64,000 nt of DNA from Trueperaceae bacterium (GCA_035703635.1 DASSXV010000044.1:32001-96000), one strand, 5' to 3'. Numbered from the stretch's first letter, positions 1 through 11,480 are shown. Made by a program: numbers and translations. Notes: generated by a model not told the origin, from the letters alone.

Positions 1-1500
1 TGGCGCTTGGCCGCCATCGCAGCCTCGTTGTGGGCGGTGGAGGAAGTCTTCTGGTTCTTCCAACGCCTAACTGACGCCTCCACCACCCCGCTCATCACCG
101 AGCTCACCTACTACTCTGGGCTCGTTCTATGGATCGCGGCCGTTCTGCTGATGCCAGGCAAGCGCATGCCGCGAACGCTGCTGATCGCGGCGCTGCCCGC
201 CGTTGGGCTCCTCATCCTCCTCCTCTTCCTCGACTCGTCCTCCTCCATCACCCTCGCCTTCCCGTTCTTGGAGGCGGCGTTAGTCGTTGCTTCCCTACCG
301 CTCCTCGGCGGCTCCATGACGGGCGGCGCGTCTGACGGCCGCGTGCTCGTGGTGCTTGGCTTCTACTTCAGGGCGCTTGGGGCGGGCTCGTTCGCGTGGC
401 TGGCTGGCACCGATTCTGGCGCAGCGGCGGTGGTCTTGTGGCTCATGTCGTACGTGATGCTGGGGCTCGGCCTCTACTTGGAACTGGACGACCGTGACGC
501 CGAGTTCCTTCCCGTCGGCGTGGCCGTCGTCAGCTTGCAGTTCGTGAGCGTCGGCTTACTCGTCGTTCTCTACCGCATGGGCACGATCAACGATCGTTAC
601 GCTCTCGTCATCGTGTCCACCTTGGCTTACGTTCAGGTCGCGGTCGTGCTCCTGATCATCGCCACGAGCCGCGCAGCGCAGAAACTCGCTGCCTCAGAGC
701 TGAGGGCATGGTCCCTTGCCCTCGATGCCGTTCAGCCTGCGCCTCACGGCGCCACCGCGCTCACTGGCGCACTAGGCCACGCGCTTGCTCGCGTGCCTCA
801 CGCCCAGGGGATAGAGGTGCACGGCACAGCGTCCGTCGGCGTGAAGTCCGGTTACGCCTACCCGCTGGTGGCGGGCGGCGCCGAAGTCGGCAGGCTCTAC
901 CTCGCCAAGCGACCGTCCGCCACGACTGTCATCGACACCTGCGCGCCGATCCTCGCGTCGCGCCTGCACCTGATGAGCGACCTGGATCGCTGGGCGGCAG
1001 CTGCCCTCACCGATCCGCTTACGGGCCTCCTGAACCGGCGCGGTCTAGAGCTGAGGGCCGACCTGTTGATGAGCGAAGCGAAGGCCAACGAGTCGCCCTT
1101 GAGCGTGGCCATGCTCGACATCGACCACTTCAAGCGCGTGAACGACGTCTACGGTCACGGCGTTGGCGACAACGCGCTCAAGGCCCTCGCGAACATATTG
1201 CGCAAGCATCTCAGGCCGAACGACCAGGCGGTCAGGTGGGGCGGCGAAGAGTTCGTCGTGGTGCTGCCCGGGGCCGATCAGGAGCAGGCCGGCGAGATCT
1301 TGAGGCGGGTGCGGCAAGAGTTGAGTTCCGCCGACATCAGCCCGGTCGCCTGGCCCATCGCCTTGTCGGCTGGCGTGGCCGGAACCGACGCGCCAGAGGG
1401 CGGGAGCGAGAGGCTAAGCGAGCTCATCGACGCTGCGGACGCCGCCCTAAACCGCGCCAAGCGCAGCGGTAGGAACCGAATAGTCCGCGCTGGAGGCTAG
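1..1500 (+). CDS. Membrane-bound diguanylate cyclase (GGDEF), probably 5'-truncated by the window edge
   Basis: Multiple hydrophobic TM segments, then DPLTGLLNRR, MLDIDHFKRVNDVYGH, RWGGEEF and AKRSGRN. Intact RxxD I-site (RPND) 5 aa before GGEEF. Frame is open from base 1. Confidence 0.9.
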   Translation, partial: WRLAAIAASLWAVEEVFWFFQRLTDASTTPLITELTYYSGLVLWIAAVLLMPGKRMPRTLLIAALPAVGLLILLLFLDSSSSITLAFPFLEAALVVASLPLLGGSMTGGASDGRVLVVLGFYFRALGAGSFAWLAGTDSGAAAVVLWLMSYVMLGLGLYLELDDRDAEFLPVGVAVVSLQFVSVGLLVVLYRMGTINDRYALVIVSTLAYVQVAVVLLIIATSRAAQKLAASELRAWSLALDAVQPAPHGATALTGALGHALARVPHAQGIEVHGTASVGVKSGYAYPLVAGGAEVGRLYLAKRPSATTVIDTCAPILASRLHLMSDLDRWAAAALTDPLTGLLNRRGLELRADLLMSEAKANESPLSVAMLDIDHFKRVNDVYGHGVGDNALKALANILRKHLRPNDQAVRWGGEEFVVVLPGADQEQAGEILRRVRQELSSADISPVAWPIALSAGVAGTDAPEGGSERLSELIDAADAALNRAKRSGRNRIVRAGG

Positions 1501-1552
1501 GCGCGGCCAGCCAGCCGCAAGCGCGTCACTTAGTGCGCGGTTACAATGCCGC

Positions 1553-1987
1553 ATGCGCGAGCTCCTCTACAACGCCGCCAAGCACTTCAAACGCGGCAAG
1601 GCGCTAAGCGAACGCGGCGACTCACGTGGCGCGATGGTGGCGTACGAAGACGCCCTGCGTGACCTCCACGCCGTGAAGCCGCAACGCATGCGTGACGTGC
1701 TGCTCGCGCAGGTCTACTTGTCGCGCTACCTTCTCGGGCAAGCTAACGACCAAGTGAAGGCGGACAGCGACCTCCGCCTAGGCTACAGCTACGCCCGCAC
1801 GACCGCAGAGCCCACGGTCAGGCAACTCGCTGAGGCGTTGTGGGACGAGCGCCGTACGAGGCCTCCAGCCGTGGTGGCTCGCAGTCAACGTCAGGGCAGA
1901 GGCGGTCGTAGTGGTGACGGCCAACCCGCCCAACGCTCTGGTGGCCGCGGCCGTGGTGAGCGCCGAGGTAACAACCAGAAGGGCTGA
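1553..1987 (+). CDS. Hypothetical protein with helical (TPR-like) N-terminus and Arg/Gly-rich tail
   Basis: 144-aa ORF with host-like codon usage. TACAAT 5 nt before ATG. Confidence 0.7.
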   Translation: MRELLYNAAKHFKRGKALSERGDSRGAMVAYEDALRDLHAVKPQRMRDVLLAQVYLSRYLLGQANDQVKADSDLRLGYSYARTTAEPTVRQLAEALWDERRTRPPAVVARSQRQGRGGRSGDGQPAQRSGGRGRGERRGNNQKG

Positions 1988-2045
1988 GTCCGGCCCTGGT
2001 AGCGCCGCCCGTTGCCGTCAGACCGCCAGCGGGTAACATCGCGCC

Positions 2046-3179
2046 ATGAGCCACGCCCTCCTTACCGCCGCATACGCCGCAGAGGCCCCCTACCTTGACC
2101 TGCTAGCAGAACTCGTCAGCCTCGAGAGCCCGACGCATGAAAAGGCAGAGTGCGACGTCTTCGCGAGCCGCCTTGCTCAAGAGCTGACGCTGCGCGGCCT
2201 TAGCGTCACGCGCCACCCACGTGCTGACGCGGGCGACATCCTAGAAGCGCACCGCGCCGGCGGCAGCGGCCCAAGCACGCTGCTCCTCTGCCATTACGAC
2301 ACGGTGTGGCCGCTCGGCACGCTCGCCTTCATGCCCTTCCACCGCGACGGTGACAAGGTGTTCGGGCCGGGCACTGTCGATATGAAAGCCGGCATCACCA
2401 ACGCCCTCAGCGCGTTCACGCTCCTCGACGACCTCGGCCTGGCTCTGGTCGGCGACGTCACGCTGCTCGTGACTAGTGACGAGGAGACCGGTTCGCACGC
2501 CTCGCGCGAGCTCATCGAGGAGCTGGCGCGCAAGCACGACCGCGTGCTCGTGCTCGAACCAGGACGCGATGACGGGGCCTTGAAGGTAGGACGTAAAGGC
2601 GTCGGTACCTTCGAGCTGCGCTTCCGTGGTCGCTCGGCTCACGCAGGCAACAACCCGTCAGATGGCGCCAGCGCCTTGCGCGAACTAGCGCACATGCTCG
2701 TGTTCGTCGAGGACTTGGGCGACGACGTGGCTGGCACAACGGTCAACGTCACCGTCGCGCACGCAGGCTTCGCGACGAACGTCATCGCGGAAGAGGCGGT
2801 CGCGTTCGTCGACGTCAGGGTCCTCAAGATGACCGAGGCGCAGCGCGTGACGGGCGCCATCGAGGGTTACAGTCCGCGCGACGAGCGCGTCACCCTCACG
2901 GTCAGCGGCGGCCTGAACCGCCCACCGTTGGAGCAGACACCAGCAAACGCCGTCCTCTACCAAGAAGCGCTCGAGGTGCTCGACAGCTTAGGGCTGAGCC
3001 TCGAGGCGGGTGTCGTTGGTGGTGGTTCGGACGGCAACTTCACGTCCGCGCTAGGGGTCGCTACACTCGACGGCCTCGGCTCCGTCGGTGGCGGGCCGCA
3101 CGCCAGGCACGAGCACATCAGGGTGAAGGAGTCCCTCGAACGCGTGGCCTTACTTGCGGGGCTGTTGGCTGAGCGCTGA
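2046..3179 (+). CDS. M20 family metallopeptidase (glutamate carboxypeptidase-like)
   Basis: HYDTV, GPGTVDMKAG, SDEETGS, GGGSDGN and HARHEH motifs. Confidence 0.9.
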   Translation: MSHALLTAAYAAEAPYLDLLAELVSLESPTHEKAECDVFASRLAQELTLRGLSVTRHPRADAGDILEAHRAGGSGPSTLLLCHYDTVWPLGTLAFMPFHRDGDKVFGPGTVDMKAGITNALSAFTLLDDLGLALVGDVTLLVTSDEETGSHASRELIEELARKHDRVLVLEPGRDDGALKVGRKGVGTFELRFRGRSAHAGNNPSDGASALRELAHMLVFVEDLGDDVAGTTVNVTVAHAGFATNVIAEEAVAFVDVRVLKMTEAQRVTGAIEGYSPRDERVTLTVSGGLNRPPLEQTPANAVLYQEALEVLDSLGLSLEAGVVGGGSDGNFTSALGVATLDGLGSVGGGPHARHEHIRVKESLERVALLAGLLAER

Positions 3180-3184
3180 AGCGC

Positions 3185-4747
3185 ATGGCTTACTTGATCA
3201 GCGCCGCTTGCGGCCTTCTGCTAACGCTAGCGCTGCCGCCCCTAGGGTGGTGGCCGCTTGCTTTCGCCATCTTCCCTGTCTTCGCGCTTACCGCGGTGGC
3301 CGCGAGCGCGCGGCGGGCGTTTTGGCTCGGCGCCGCCTTCGCAGCACCGTTCTTCGCGCTGTACATCCTGTGGCTACCGCGGTCGTTCGCTGAACTCTTC
3401 GGCCTGGGGTTCTGGGCCGTCTACCCTGGACTGCTCGCCATCCTCGCGACGTTCTGGGGCCTGACGACCTGGGCGGCTTGGCGCCTCGCGGCGTTGACGG
3501 GCGGAAACGACCAGGCGGCGCGCGCTACGCGCGTACTCATCTACTTGCCCATCCTCTGGGTGCTCGTCGAGTGGGCGCGCACCCAGGGCTATTTCGCCTT
3601 TCCTTGGGGCACCCTCGGCTACACCTGGCTAGACTCCGCCGTTGGACAACTCGCCGAGTACGGCGGGGTCTATGGTCTTAGCCTGCTGGTAGTCGCGCCC
3701 GCGGCCGTGCTGGCGTGGCCGTGGTCGCGGCCAGGCGGGCCACGAACCGTTGGCGTCGTCTCGTCGTTACTACTCGCCGCCGCCGTAATCGGTGCGTCGT
3801 TCATCGCTGGCTCGGGCGCTGGCAGGGCGGCGACGCAAGCTCCAACCTCCGGTGAGTACCGCGCCCTCCTCGTGCAAGGCGACGTCGACCCCTTCGGCCG
3901 CGCCGCGAGCGACACGCAGGACCTAAACACGCACTTACGCCTGACGGAGGAAGGCGCCGCGCTGAACGCCGAGGCTGGTGGGCCACGAATCGACCTGGTG
4001 GTATGGCCAGAGGGCGCCGTTCTCGGCTACAGCCTGGCAGCAGGCGACGCGGAACCGCTGCGCAGAGCCATAACAGACAGCGCCACTGGAGCGACCTTCA
4101 TTGTTGGCGGGCGCGTCTACGAGGCCGGGCGCAACTACAACTCGCTCCTCGCCCTCAAGGGCGGCGCGCTGATCGGCCGTTACGACAAGCGCTTCCTCGT
4201 GCCCTTCGGTGAGCGCTGGCCACTGTACGAGCAGTTGAACGGCTTGTACCGCGCCGTGTTCAGCGCCTTCGGCTTGCCTATGCTTGCCAGCACCGCGGCT
4301 GGCGCCGAGGTGCGGCCGCTAGCGACTGACGTCGGTCTCATCGGCGCCTTCGTGTGCTACGAGTCGGTCTTCCCTCAAGTCCAGCGCGACCTCGTCGCTC
4401 TTGGAGCTGAGGTGCTCGTGCTTGGCACGAACGACGCCTGGTTCGGTGTTGGCACGGGCGCGTGGCAGCACTTCGACATGGGGCGCCTGCGCAGCATCGA
4501 GACGCGGCGCTGGCTCCTGCGCGCAGGTAACGACGGCGTGACCGCCGCCGTCGACCCGTTGGGCAGGGTCACGGCCCAGGTGCCGAGGGGCGTTCCGACT
4601 AGCCTGGCGGTCACGTTCGAGACGCGCACCGACCTCACGTTCTGGGTGCGTTACGGCGGGCTGACGCCACTAGTGCTCGGCGTCCTGCTGCTCGTGGCCA
4701 TGGCCGTCGCAACGGCGCTACGCTCGAGACCAGCCCAAGTAGGATAG
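3185..4747 (+). CDS. lnt: Apolipoprotein N-acyltransferase
   Basis: TM N-terminus with FPWGTLGY. Nitrilase triad motifs VWPEG, YDKRFLVPFGE, VCYES, plus TNDAWFG. Confidence 0.95.
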   Translation: MAYLISAACGLLLTLALPPLGWWPLAFAIFPVFALTAVAASARRAFWLGAAFAAPFFALYILWLPRSFAELFGLGFWAVYPGLLAILATFWGLTTWAAWRLAALTGGNDQAARATRVLIYLPILWVLVEWARTQGYFAFPWGTLGYTWLDSAVGQLAEYGGVYGLSLLVVAPAAVLAWPWSRPGGPRTVGVVSSLLLAAAVIGASFIAGSGAGRAATQAPTSGEYRALLVQGDVDPFGRAASDTQDLNTHLRLTEEGAALNAEAGGPRIDLVVWPEGAVLGYSLAAGDAEPLRRAITDSATGATFIVGGRVYEAGRNYNSLLALKGGALIGRYDKRFLVPFGERWPLYEQLNGLYRAVFSAFGLPMLASTAAGAEVRPLATDVGLIGAFVCYESVFPQVQRDLVALGAEVLVLGTNDAWFGVGTGAWQHFDMGRLRSIETRRWLLRAGNDGVTAAVDPLGRVTAQVPRGVPTSLAVTFETRTDLTFWVRYGGLTPLVLGVLLLVAMAVATALRSRPAQVG

Positions 4748-4751
4748 GCGA

Positions 4752-6104
4752 ATGCAGATCGTCATCGTCGGTGGCGGGGAGATCGGCGCACTGATAGCGG
4801 CGGCGCTCCACCGGACGCACAGCGTCACCATCATCGACCAAGACCCGGAGCGCGAGGCGGCCTTCACTGCCATGGACGTGCAGTTCGTGCGCGGCAACGG
4901 CACGGACCCTGAGGACCTGCGCGCGGCGAACGCCGATCGCGCGAGGGCCTTCATAGCCTGCACCTCGAGCGACGACGTCAACGTGCTCGCCTGCCTGGCC
5001 GCCAAGGGCCTCGGCGCGAAGGAGACCCTCGCCTTCGTAACGCGCCAACGCTACGTCGATGCCTTCAAGCGCGATGGCGCCTTCGAATCCGTCGGCCTGC
5101 TCATCAACCGTGTGCTTTGGCCGCAACGCATCCTCGCGCACCAGATCGCTGACATCGTCAGGGTGCCACGGGCGATAGATAGCGCGCGCTTCGCGAACGG
5201 CCGCATCATGCTGCTCGAGTTCCTCCTCGAACCTCACGACCCGTTCCTTAACAGTAGGTTGGACGGCATCACCCTGCCGCCTGGCGTGTTGGCGGTCGGG
5301 GCCATCCAGGGCGACTCCTTCCACATCCCTACCGGCGCGACGGTCCTCGAGGCAGGCGACCGCGTGGTTTTCATGGGAACTAGCGAGAAGATGCGCGACA
5401 TGCAGCGGCGCTTCGCTCCCCAAAGACATTCGCAGAAGGTAGTCATCGTCGGCGGCGGCAACGTCGGCTTCATGGTGGCGCAACAGTTGACCAGCGGGCG
5501 TGCGGACCTGACCATCATCGAGCAGGACCAAGAGCGCTGCGAGAAACTGGCCCAGCTACTGCCCCGCGCGCTCGTCCTCAAGGGCGACGGCACCGACCTC
5601 GAGCTCCTTGAACAAGAGCGCGTCGAGGACGCCGACGTGATCGTCGCCGTAACGGATGACGACGCCAAGAACCTCCTGGTGTCGTTGTTGGGCAAGCAGC
5701 TCGGCATCCCCAAAGTCGTGACGCGCGTCGGCAGGACGCGCAATCGTAGGCTGTTCATGCGCGTTGGCATCGACTCGCCGCTCACCCCGCGGGCGGCCGC
5801 CGTCCAGGAGGTCCTCAACTGGCTGGGCGTTGACGAGGTCGAGCACCTCGCGACGATCGAGGACCGCGCGGAAGTCATGGAGGCTACGTACCCGCCTGAA
5901 TCCGCCGGCGGTCGCGTCATGGACCTCGGCACGCCAGGCGACATGCTGATCGGTGCCGTGCTGCGCAACGAGCGCATCATCGTGCCGAACGGTGAGACCG
6001 TCATCCAGCCAGGCGATCACCTCTACCTCGTTACGACTCCAGACTGCGTCGGGGAAGTCGAGGAGTGGCTGGACGAGCGTAGGAGCAGGAAGCCGGTCGG
6101 GTGA
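4752..6104 (+). CDS. trkA: Trk potassium uptake NAD-binding subunit
   Basis: Two RCK N/C repeats with GGGEIG and GGGNVG. Adjacent to trkH. Confidence 0.95.
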   Translation: MQIVIVGGGEIGALIAAALHRTHSVTIIDQDPEREAAFTAMDVQFVRGNGTDPEDLRAANADRARAFIACTSSDDVNVLACLAAKGLGAKETLAFVTRQRYVDAFKRDGAFESVGLLINRVLWPQRILAHQIADIVRVPRAIDSARFANGRIMLLEFLLEPHDPFLNSRLDGITLPPGVLAVGAIQGDSFHIPTGATVLEAGDRVVFMGTSEKMRDMQRRFAPQRHSQKVVIVGGGNVGFMVAQQLTSGRADLTIIEQDQERCEKLAQLLPRALVLKGDGTDLELLEQERVEDADVIVAVTDDDAKNLLVSLLGKQLGIPKVVTRVGRTRNRRLFMRVGIDSPLTPRAAAVQEVLNWLGVDEVEHLATIEDRAEVMEATYPPESAGGRVMDLGTPGDMLIGAVLRNERIIVPNGETVIQPGDHLYLVTTPDCVGEVEEWLDERRSRKPVG

Positions 6105-7600
6105 CGACCACGGCGCGCACGCAGCCGCAACGCACCCGGCGCGACACGAGCCGCGGCAAGTTCTTCCCGTACGTGCTAGGAACGGGCTTCATGGCGTTGA
6201 GCTTCGCCGCGACGGCGTTCGCCATCTACGCCCTCGCGGTTGGTGAGCCATTCCACGGCTTCGCGGCCACCGTACTCGTAGCGCTGCCCGCCGGACTTTA
6301 CCTCCGTAGGCTGGGCAGCCCAGATGCCGACCCTAGCAGACGCGAGGCACTGATCACCGTGCTCCTCTCCTGGCTCTTCCTCCCAGCGTTAGGCGCCATC
6401 CCCTACGTCTTCGGCGGGCAGTTGCCGCCACTCGACGCCTTCTTCGAGTCGATGAGCGGTTTCACCACGACCGGCGCAACGACGATCCAAGACTTCTCGC
6501 TCGTGCCTGACTCGCTGCTCTTGTGGCGGGCCGTCTCCCAGTGGGTTGGTGGCGTCGGCATCCTCGTGCTGTTCTTGGCCGTCTTCCCGCAACTAGCCAT
6601 CGCTGGCAGGCAGATGTTCCACGCGGAGATGCCGGGACCGAGCCAGGAGCGCTTCACGCCGCGCCTGCGCCAGACGGCGTTGGCCGTCGTGGCGCTCTAC
6701 GCTGCCCTTACCATCGCGTGCGCGGCGGCATACGCCGTCGCCGGCATGGCGCCGTTCGACGCCCTCGCGCACGCCTTTGGCACGCTGGCAGCCGGGGGCT
6801 TCAGCGCCAACGCCGCGAGCTTCGCGGACTACAGCGCACCCGCGCTTCAGTGGATCGCGATCTTGTTCATGACCCTGTCCGGGGCGAGTTTCATACTCGT
6901 GTTCAGGGCCGTCTCCGGGCAGCCAAGGGCGCTGCTGCGCGACGCGGAGTTCCGCGTCTACATCGGCATCCTCGTCGTAGGGGGCGGCATACTCGCCATG
7001 CTCCTTGCCGGCGAGTACGGCACGGCCGATGCCATCCGCCACGGCTTGTTCCAGTCGGTGAGCATCGTGACGAGCACCGGTTTCGCCTCGGCCGACTTCC
7101 GGGAGTGGGGCCTGCCCGCCCAGGGAGTGATCCTCGCCCTCCTGTTCGTAGGGGGTTGCGGCGGTTCCGCCAGCGGCGGCGTGAAGGTAGTCCGGTGGTT
7201 GATCATCGCCAAGCACACGGCGCGGGAAGTGCGTCATGCGATCCACCCGCGCGCCGTGCTGCCCGTGCGCGTCGGCGACCGTATCGTCTCCGAGGACGCC
7301 ATCAGGGCCGTGGGCGCGTTCATCACCCTCTACGTCGGCCTCTTCGCCTTCACGACCATAGCGCTCGTGTTCCTCGGCGCGGACTTCACGAGCGCCTTCA
7401 GCGCCTCCATCGCCTCCCTTGGGAACACCGGACCCGGCCTCGGGCCTTACGCGCCGATTGGCCAGCTCGACGAGCTGTCGGCGGTAGGGAAGCTCCTGCT
7501 CATGTTCGCCATGTACGCAGGGCGGCTCGAGGTAGTGACGGTGTTCGTCATCTTCACGCCCGGCTGGTGGCGCCTGCCTCGAGTCTGGTCACGCGGGTGA
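6101..7600 (+). CDS. trkH: Trk potassium uptake membrane subunit
   Basis: [34 protein letters not shown] and GRLE motifs. GTGA overlap with trkA. Confidence 0.95.
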   Translation: MTTTARTQPQRTRRDTSRGKFFPYVLGTGFMALSFAATAFAIYALAVGEPFHGFAATVLVALPAGLYLRRLGSPDADPSRREALITVLLSWLFLPALGAIPYVFGGQLPPLDAFFESMSGFTTTGATTIQDFSLVPDSLLLWRAVSQWVGGVGILVLFLAVFPQLAIAGRQMFHAEMPGPSQERFTPRLRQTALAVVALYAALTIACAAAYAVAGMAPFDALAHAFGTLAAGGFSANAASFADYSAPALQWIAILFMTLSGASFILVFRAVSGQPRALLRDAEFRVYIGILVVGGGILAMLLAGEYGTADAIRHGLFQSVSIVTSTGFASADFREWGLPAQGVILALLFVGGCGGSASGGVKVVRWLIIAKHTAREVRHAIHPRAVLPVRVGDRIVSEDAIRAVGAFITLYVGLFAFTTIALVFLGADFTSAFSASIASLGNTGPGLGPYAPIGQLDELSAVGKLLLMFAMYAGRLEVVTVFVIFTPGWWRLPRVWSRG

Positions 7601-7709
7601 GGCTCACGGCCTCCGGCCGGCCGCTTTGACGTGGGATATGCTGCCCCTCAGTAAACCATTCGCTGCCAGTCACGCCGCCTTGAGTGGCGCGCGGCTATTT
7701 GGAGGACCC

Positions 7710-9659
7710 ATGGCCGACACCATCGAATCCGTACTGCAAGAGGCACGCCAGTTCCCGCCTCCTAAGTCGTTCCAGCGCACCGCCCTCATAAAAAGTTCCG
7801 AGGAGTACGAGAGGCTGTACCGCCAGTCGCTAGACGAGCCAGAACTATTCTGGGGCGAGGCGGCCAAGCGTCATCATTGGTTCGAGCCGTGGACCAGCGT
7901 CATGGAGTGGGAAGAGCCGCACGTCAAGTGGTTCGTTGGCGGCAAGACGAACCTCGCTTACGACTGCCTCGATCGACAAGTCGCCGAGGGCAAGGCCAAC
8001 AAGGTGGCGTTCTTCTGGGAAGGTGAGCCTGGTGACAAGCGCACCATCACCTACGGCCAGATGCTCACAGAGGTCAGTCGCTTCGCCAACGTCCTGAAGG
8101 GCAAGGGCGTGAAGGTCGGCGACCGCGTCGCCATCTACATGCCCATGATCCCGGAGGCCATAGTTGCCATGCTGGCGTGCGCCCGCATAGGCGCGACGCA
8201 CTCGGTCGTGTTCGGAGGCTTCTCGTCTCACGCGCTCTCCGACCGCGTCAACGACGCTCAGGCGAGCGTAGTCATCACGGCAGACGGCGGCTTCCGCCGC
8301 GGCGCCGTCCTCCCGCTCAAACCGGCGGTCGACGAGGCCCTAGCTACGACGCCGAGCGTCAAGCACGTCATAGTCGTCAGACGCGCCGAGAACGTCGTAG
8401 ACATGGAGGCCGGCCGCGACGAGTGGTACCACGAGCTCATGCAGGGCGCCTCGCCAAACTGCCCGGCCGTGCCGGTCGATGCGGAGCACCCCGCTTACGT
8501 GCTCTACACTTCCGGCTCGACTGGCAAGCCGAAGGGCGTGCTGCACACGACCGGCGGCTACCTCGTCCACACTTCCCTGACGGCGAAGTACGTGTTCGAC
8601 CTGCAAGAGAACGACGTGTTCTGGTGCACGGCCGACATCGGGTGGGTGACGGGCCACTCGTACGTCGTCTACGGCCTCATGTCCAACGGCGCCACGCAGG
8701 TCATGTACGAGGGCAACCCGACGTACCCGGCGCCTGACCGCTTCTGGGAGATGATCGAACGCTACGGCGTGACCATCTTCTACACGGCCCCAACCGCCAT
8801 CCGCGCCTTCATCAAGCTTGGCAGGGAGTACCCGGAGAAGCACGACCTCTCTAGCCTGCGCCTCATCGGCACGGTCGGCGAACCCATCAATCCCGAAGCG
8901 TGGATGTGGTACCGCAGCGTCATCGGTGGCGACCGCTGCCCGATCGTCGACACGTGGTGGCAGACGGAAACGGGCGCCATCATGATCTCGACGTTGCCTG
9001 GCGTGCACACGACGAAGCCCGGCTCGGCCGGCGTTCCGCTTTTCGGCATCGACGCGGCCGTCGTGGACGCTGACGGTAACGACGCAGGCGTCGACCAGGG
9101 CGGTTACCTCGTCATGCGTCGCCCGTGGCCCGGCATGCTGCGCACCGTTTACGGCGACGACGACCGCTACCGCAACCAGTACTGGGGCGAGGTGCCACAC
9201 ACCTACTTCTCCGGCGATGGGGCGCGGAAGGACGCGGACGGCTACTTCTGGGTGATGGGCCGCGTCGACGACGTGGTGAACGTGTCGGGCCACCGCCTCG
9301 GCACCATGGAGGTCGAGTCTGCGCTCGTCTCGCACCCTGCCGTGGCCGAGGCGGCCGTCGTTGGCCGCCCCGACGAGCTGAAGGGTCAGGGGATCGTGGC
9401 GTTCGTGACGCTCGAGCAAGGTTTCGAGCCGAGCGACAAGTTGCGCGACGAACTGCGCAAGCACGTCGCTGCCGAGATCGGCGCCATAGCGCGGCCGGAC
9501 GAGGTGCGCTTCGCGGACGCGCTACCGAAGACGCGTTCCGGCAAGATCATGCGCCGCCTCCTCCGCAGCGTGGCTTCCGGCCAGGAGTTGATCGGTGACA
9601 CGAGCACGCTAGAGGACCGCGGGGTCGTCGAGCAACTGCAGCGCAGCGGGAACGAGTGA
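7710..9659 (+). CDS. acs: Acetyl-CoA synthetase (AMP-forming)
   Basis: [32 protein letters not shown]. Start placed at ATG 7710 after GGAGG. Confidence 0.97.
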   Translation: MADTIESVLQEARQFPPPKSFQRTALIKSSEEYERLYRQSLDEPELFWGEAAKRHHWFEPWTSVMEWEEPHVKWFVGGKTNLAYDCLDRQVAEGKANKVAFFWEGEPGDKRTITYGQMLTEVSRFANVLKGKGVKVGDRVAIYMPMIPEAIVAMLACARIGATHSVVFGGFSSHALSDRVNDAQASVVITADGGFRRGAVLPLKPAVDEALATTPSVKHVIVVRRAENVVDMEAGRDEWYHELMQGASPNCPAVPVDAEHPAYVLYTSGSTGKPKGVLHTTGGYLVHTSLTAKYVFDLQENDVFWCTADIGWVTGHSYVVYGLMSNGATQVMYEGNPTYPAPDRFWEMIERYGVTIFYTAPTAIRAFIKLGREYPEKHDLSSLRLIGTVGEPINPEAWMWYRSVIGGDRCPIVDTWWQTETGAIMISTLPGVHTTKPGSAGVPLFGIDAAVVDADGNDAGVDQGGYLVMRRPWPGMLRTVYGDDDRYRNQYWGEVPHTYFSGDGARKDADGYFWVMGRVDDVVNVSGHRLGTMEVESALVSHPAVAEAAVVGRPDELKGQGIVAFVTLEQGFEPSDKLRDELRKHVAAEIGAIARPDEVRFADALPKTRSGKIMRRLLRSVASGQELIGDTSTLEDRGVVEQLQRSGNE

Positions 9660-9701
9660 CGACGCAGGCTCGCCGTCACGCCAACGCGGGTTAGAGACCG
9701 C

Positions 9702-10499
9702 ATGCGAGGCTCTAAGCGCCTCAACATCGGCTTGCTCATGACTTATAACGAGCAAGACGTCATCGAGGAGATGCTGCGCCACAACGGGCCCGGCGTCGAC
9801 GCCATCTTCGCGCTTGACGGGTCAGACGACGCCACGCCCGCCATCTTGCGCGCGGACCCGCTCGTCAAGCTCGTGCTGCGCGACGAGGACGTAGCTGGCG
9901 TAGGCAAGGTGCGCGACTACCACCGCCAAGCGCTCTTAGACGCCGCCAGGGCCGAGTACGGAGTAGGACACTGGTACACGCTCATGCACGGCGACGAGTT
10001 CTTCCACGACGACCCGCGGGCAGTGGCGCAAGCTGCGCAGGCGCAGGGCGCGGGCCGCGTCAACTGGGCAGCCATGCAGTTCTTCTTGCACCCAAGCGAC
10101 CGCCCAGTAGTGGGCGCGGGTGTGCAAGAGAACGTGCGCTGGTACTCCCCGTTCTGGGTCGAGATCAGGCAGTTCAGGGACGCGCCGGGCGCCGGCTACC
10201 GCACCGGTGAGCACGGCCGCGTGTTTCCGCACGGCGTTAGTTGGGTGCCTTACTGGAAGATGCCCCTCTTCAAACATTACCCTTACCGTTCTGAGGCTCA
10301 GACGCGCGCTCGCCTCGAGGCCATGGCAGCAAGGGGATTCTCTGGCACGCGAGCGACGGACGACGTGTACCGCGACCGCTACGCCCCCGAGTACCGCGAA
10401 GCGGCCCGCTTCACTGGCGACTTCGGTGAGTTCGAGTTGGCGCGGCAGGGCAGTTTGTTGAACATGCTGCTGCGCTGGAGGCGGCTGGTGCCTAGGTGA
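9702..10499 (+). CDS. Glycosyltransferase family 2-like protein
   Basis: TYNEQDVI, LDGSDDAT and HGDEF (DxD-like) motifs. Confidence 0.75.
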   Translation: MRGSKRLNIGLLMTYNEQDVIEEMLRHNGPGVDAIFALDGSDDATPAILRADPLVKLVLRDEDVAGVGKVRDYHRQALLDAARAEYGVGHWYTLMHGDEFFHDDPRAVAQAAQAQGAGRVNWAAMQFFLHPSDRPVVGAGVQENVRWYSPFWVEIRQFRDAPGAGYRTGEHGRVFPHGVSWVPYWKMPLFKHYPYRSEAQTRARLEAMAARGFSGTRATDDVYRDRYAPEYREAARFTGDFGEFELARQGSLLNMLLRWRRLVPR

Positions 10500-10506
10500 G
10501 AGGCGC

Positions 10507-11385
10507 CTAGCTGCGGCCCAGGTCGCCACCGGGGCGCTGGGTTGCTGGCAAGCGCCCCTCGGCGAGAACCATGGCTACCAGGATGAGGCTGGCGCCAAGC
10601 CACCCGAGGGTGCCCAAGCGCTCACCTATGAGCAGCATGGCGAAGCCGGCCGCGAACACGGGCTCGAGTACGAAGATCAGCGCGGCGAGGTGAGCCGGCA
10701 CGACCCGTTGCGCGTACGTCTGGATCACGGCGACAAGGGCGGTGGCCACCACGGCCAGGTAGAGGATCGCCAAGTAGGTGCCGATCGGCACGCTCGCCAA
10801 CTTGCCGACTTCTGGCGCGGCCCACAACCACGCGAGGGCAGCCATCGGCAGGTGCTGCATCATGGCGAGGGACGTGCCCCTCACCTTGCCAGCCACCTCG
10901 CCGAGGTACACGATGTACATGGCGTAAGTGAGGGCGGTGACGAGCACGAGGAGGTCGCCGGCGTTGACGGCCGCGAAGCCGTTGCGCAAGGTCATGAGGC
11001 CGAGGCCAGCAAGCGCGACCGAGGCCGCGAGCAGTACGCGGGCGCTCAGGGCACGCTTCAGCCACACCCGCGCGACTAGCGGCGTGAGTATCACTGACAG
11101 GCCTGTAATGAAGGCCGCGTTAGAGGCGCTGGTGATGGCGAGGCCGGCCGTTTGGGTGGCGAAGCCGGCGAACGAGAGCAACCCGAGCACTAGCGCCGGG
11201 ACTAGCGCGCGCCTGTCCCACTTCGCCCAGGCGAGCAGCAACGCGGCGAGCGTGAAACGCACCGCTAGGAGTAACGCCACCGGGATGGTGTCGAGCGCCT
11301 CCTTGACTACGACGAAGGTCGTACCCCAGATGACCGTGACGAGTACCAGTGAAATGACGCCCACGGCCGGAGACACGAGCCTCAT
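10507..11385 (-). CDS. DMT/EamA family transporter
   Basis: About 10 TM segments. IWGTTFVVVK, ASNAAFITGL, LEPVFA. Confidence 0.9.
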   Translation of the reverse strand: MRLVSPAVGVISLVLVTVIWGTTFVVVKEALDTIPVALLLAVRFTLAALLLAWAKWDRRALVPALVLGLLSFAGFATQTAGLAITSASNAAFITGLSVILTPLVARVWLKRALSARVLLAASVALAGLGLMTLRNGFAAVNAGDLLVLVTALTYAMYIVYLGEVAGKVRGTSLAMMQHLPMAALAWLWAAPEVGKLASVPIGTYLAILYLAVVATALVAVIQTYAQRVVPAHLAALIFVLEPVFAAGFAMLLIGERLGTLGWLGASLILVAMVLAEGRLPATQRPGGDLGRS

Positions 11386-11480
11386 TGTCACACGCCGCGG
11401 CTAGCACCTGCAGTCGCGAGGGTCGGGTCGAGAGAGTCAAGTCGCGGAGTCAACCAGACCCCAATTGTTACTATCGGCCA

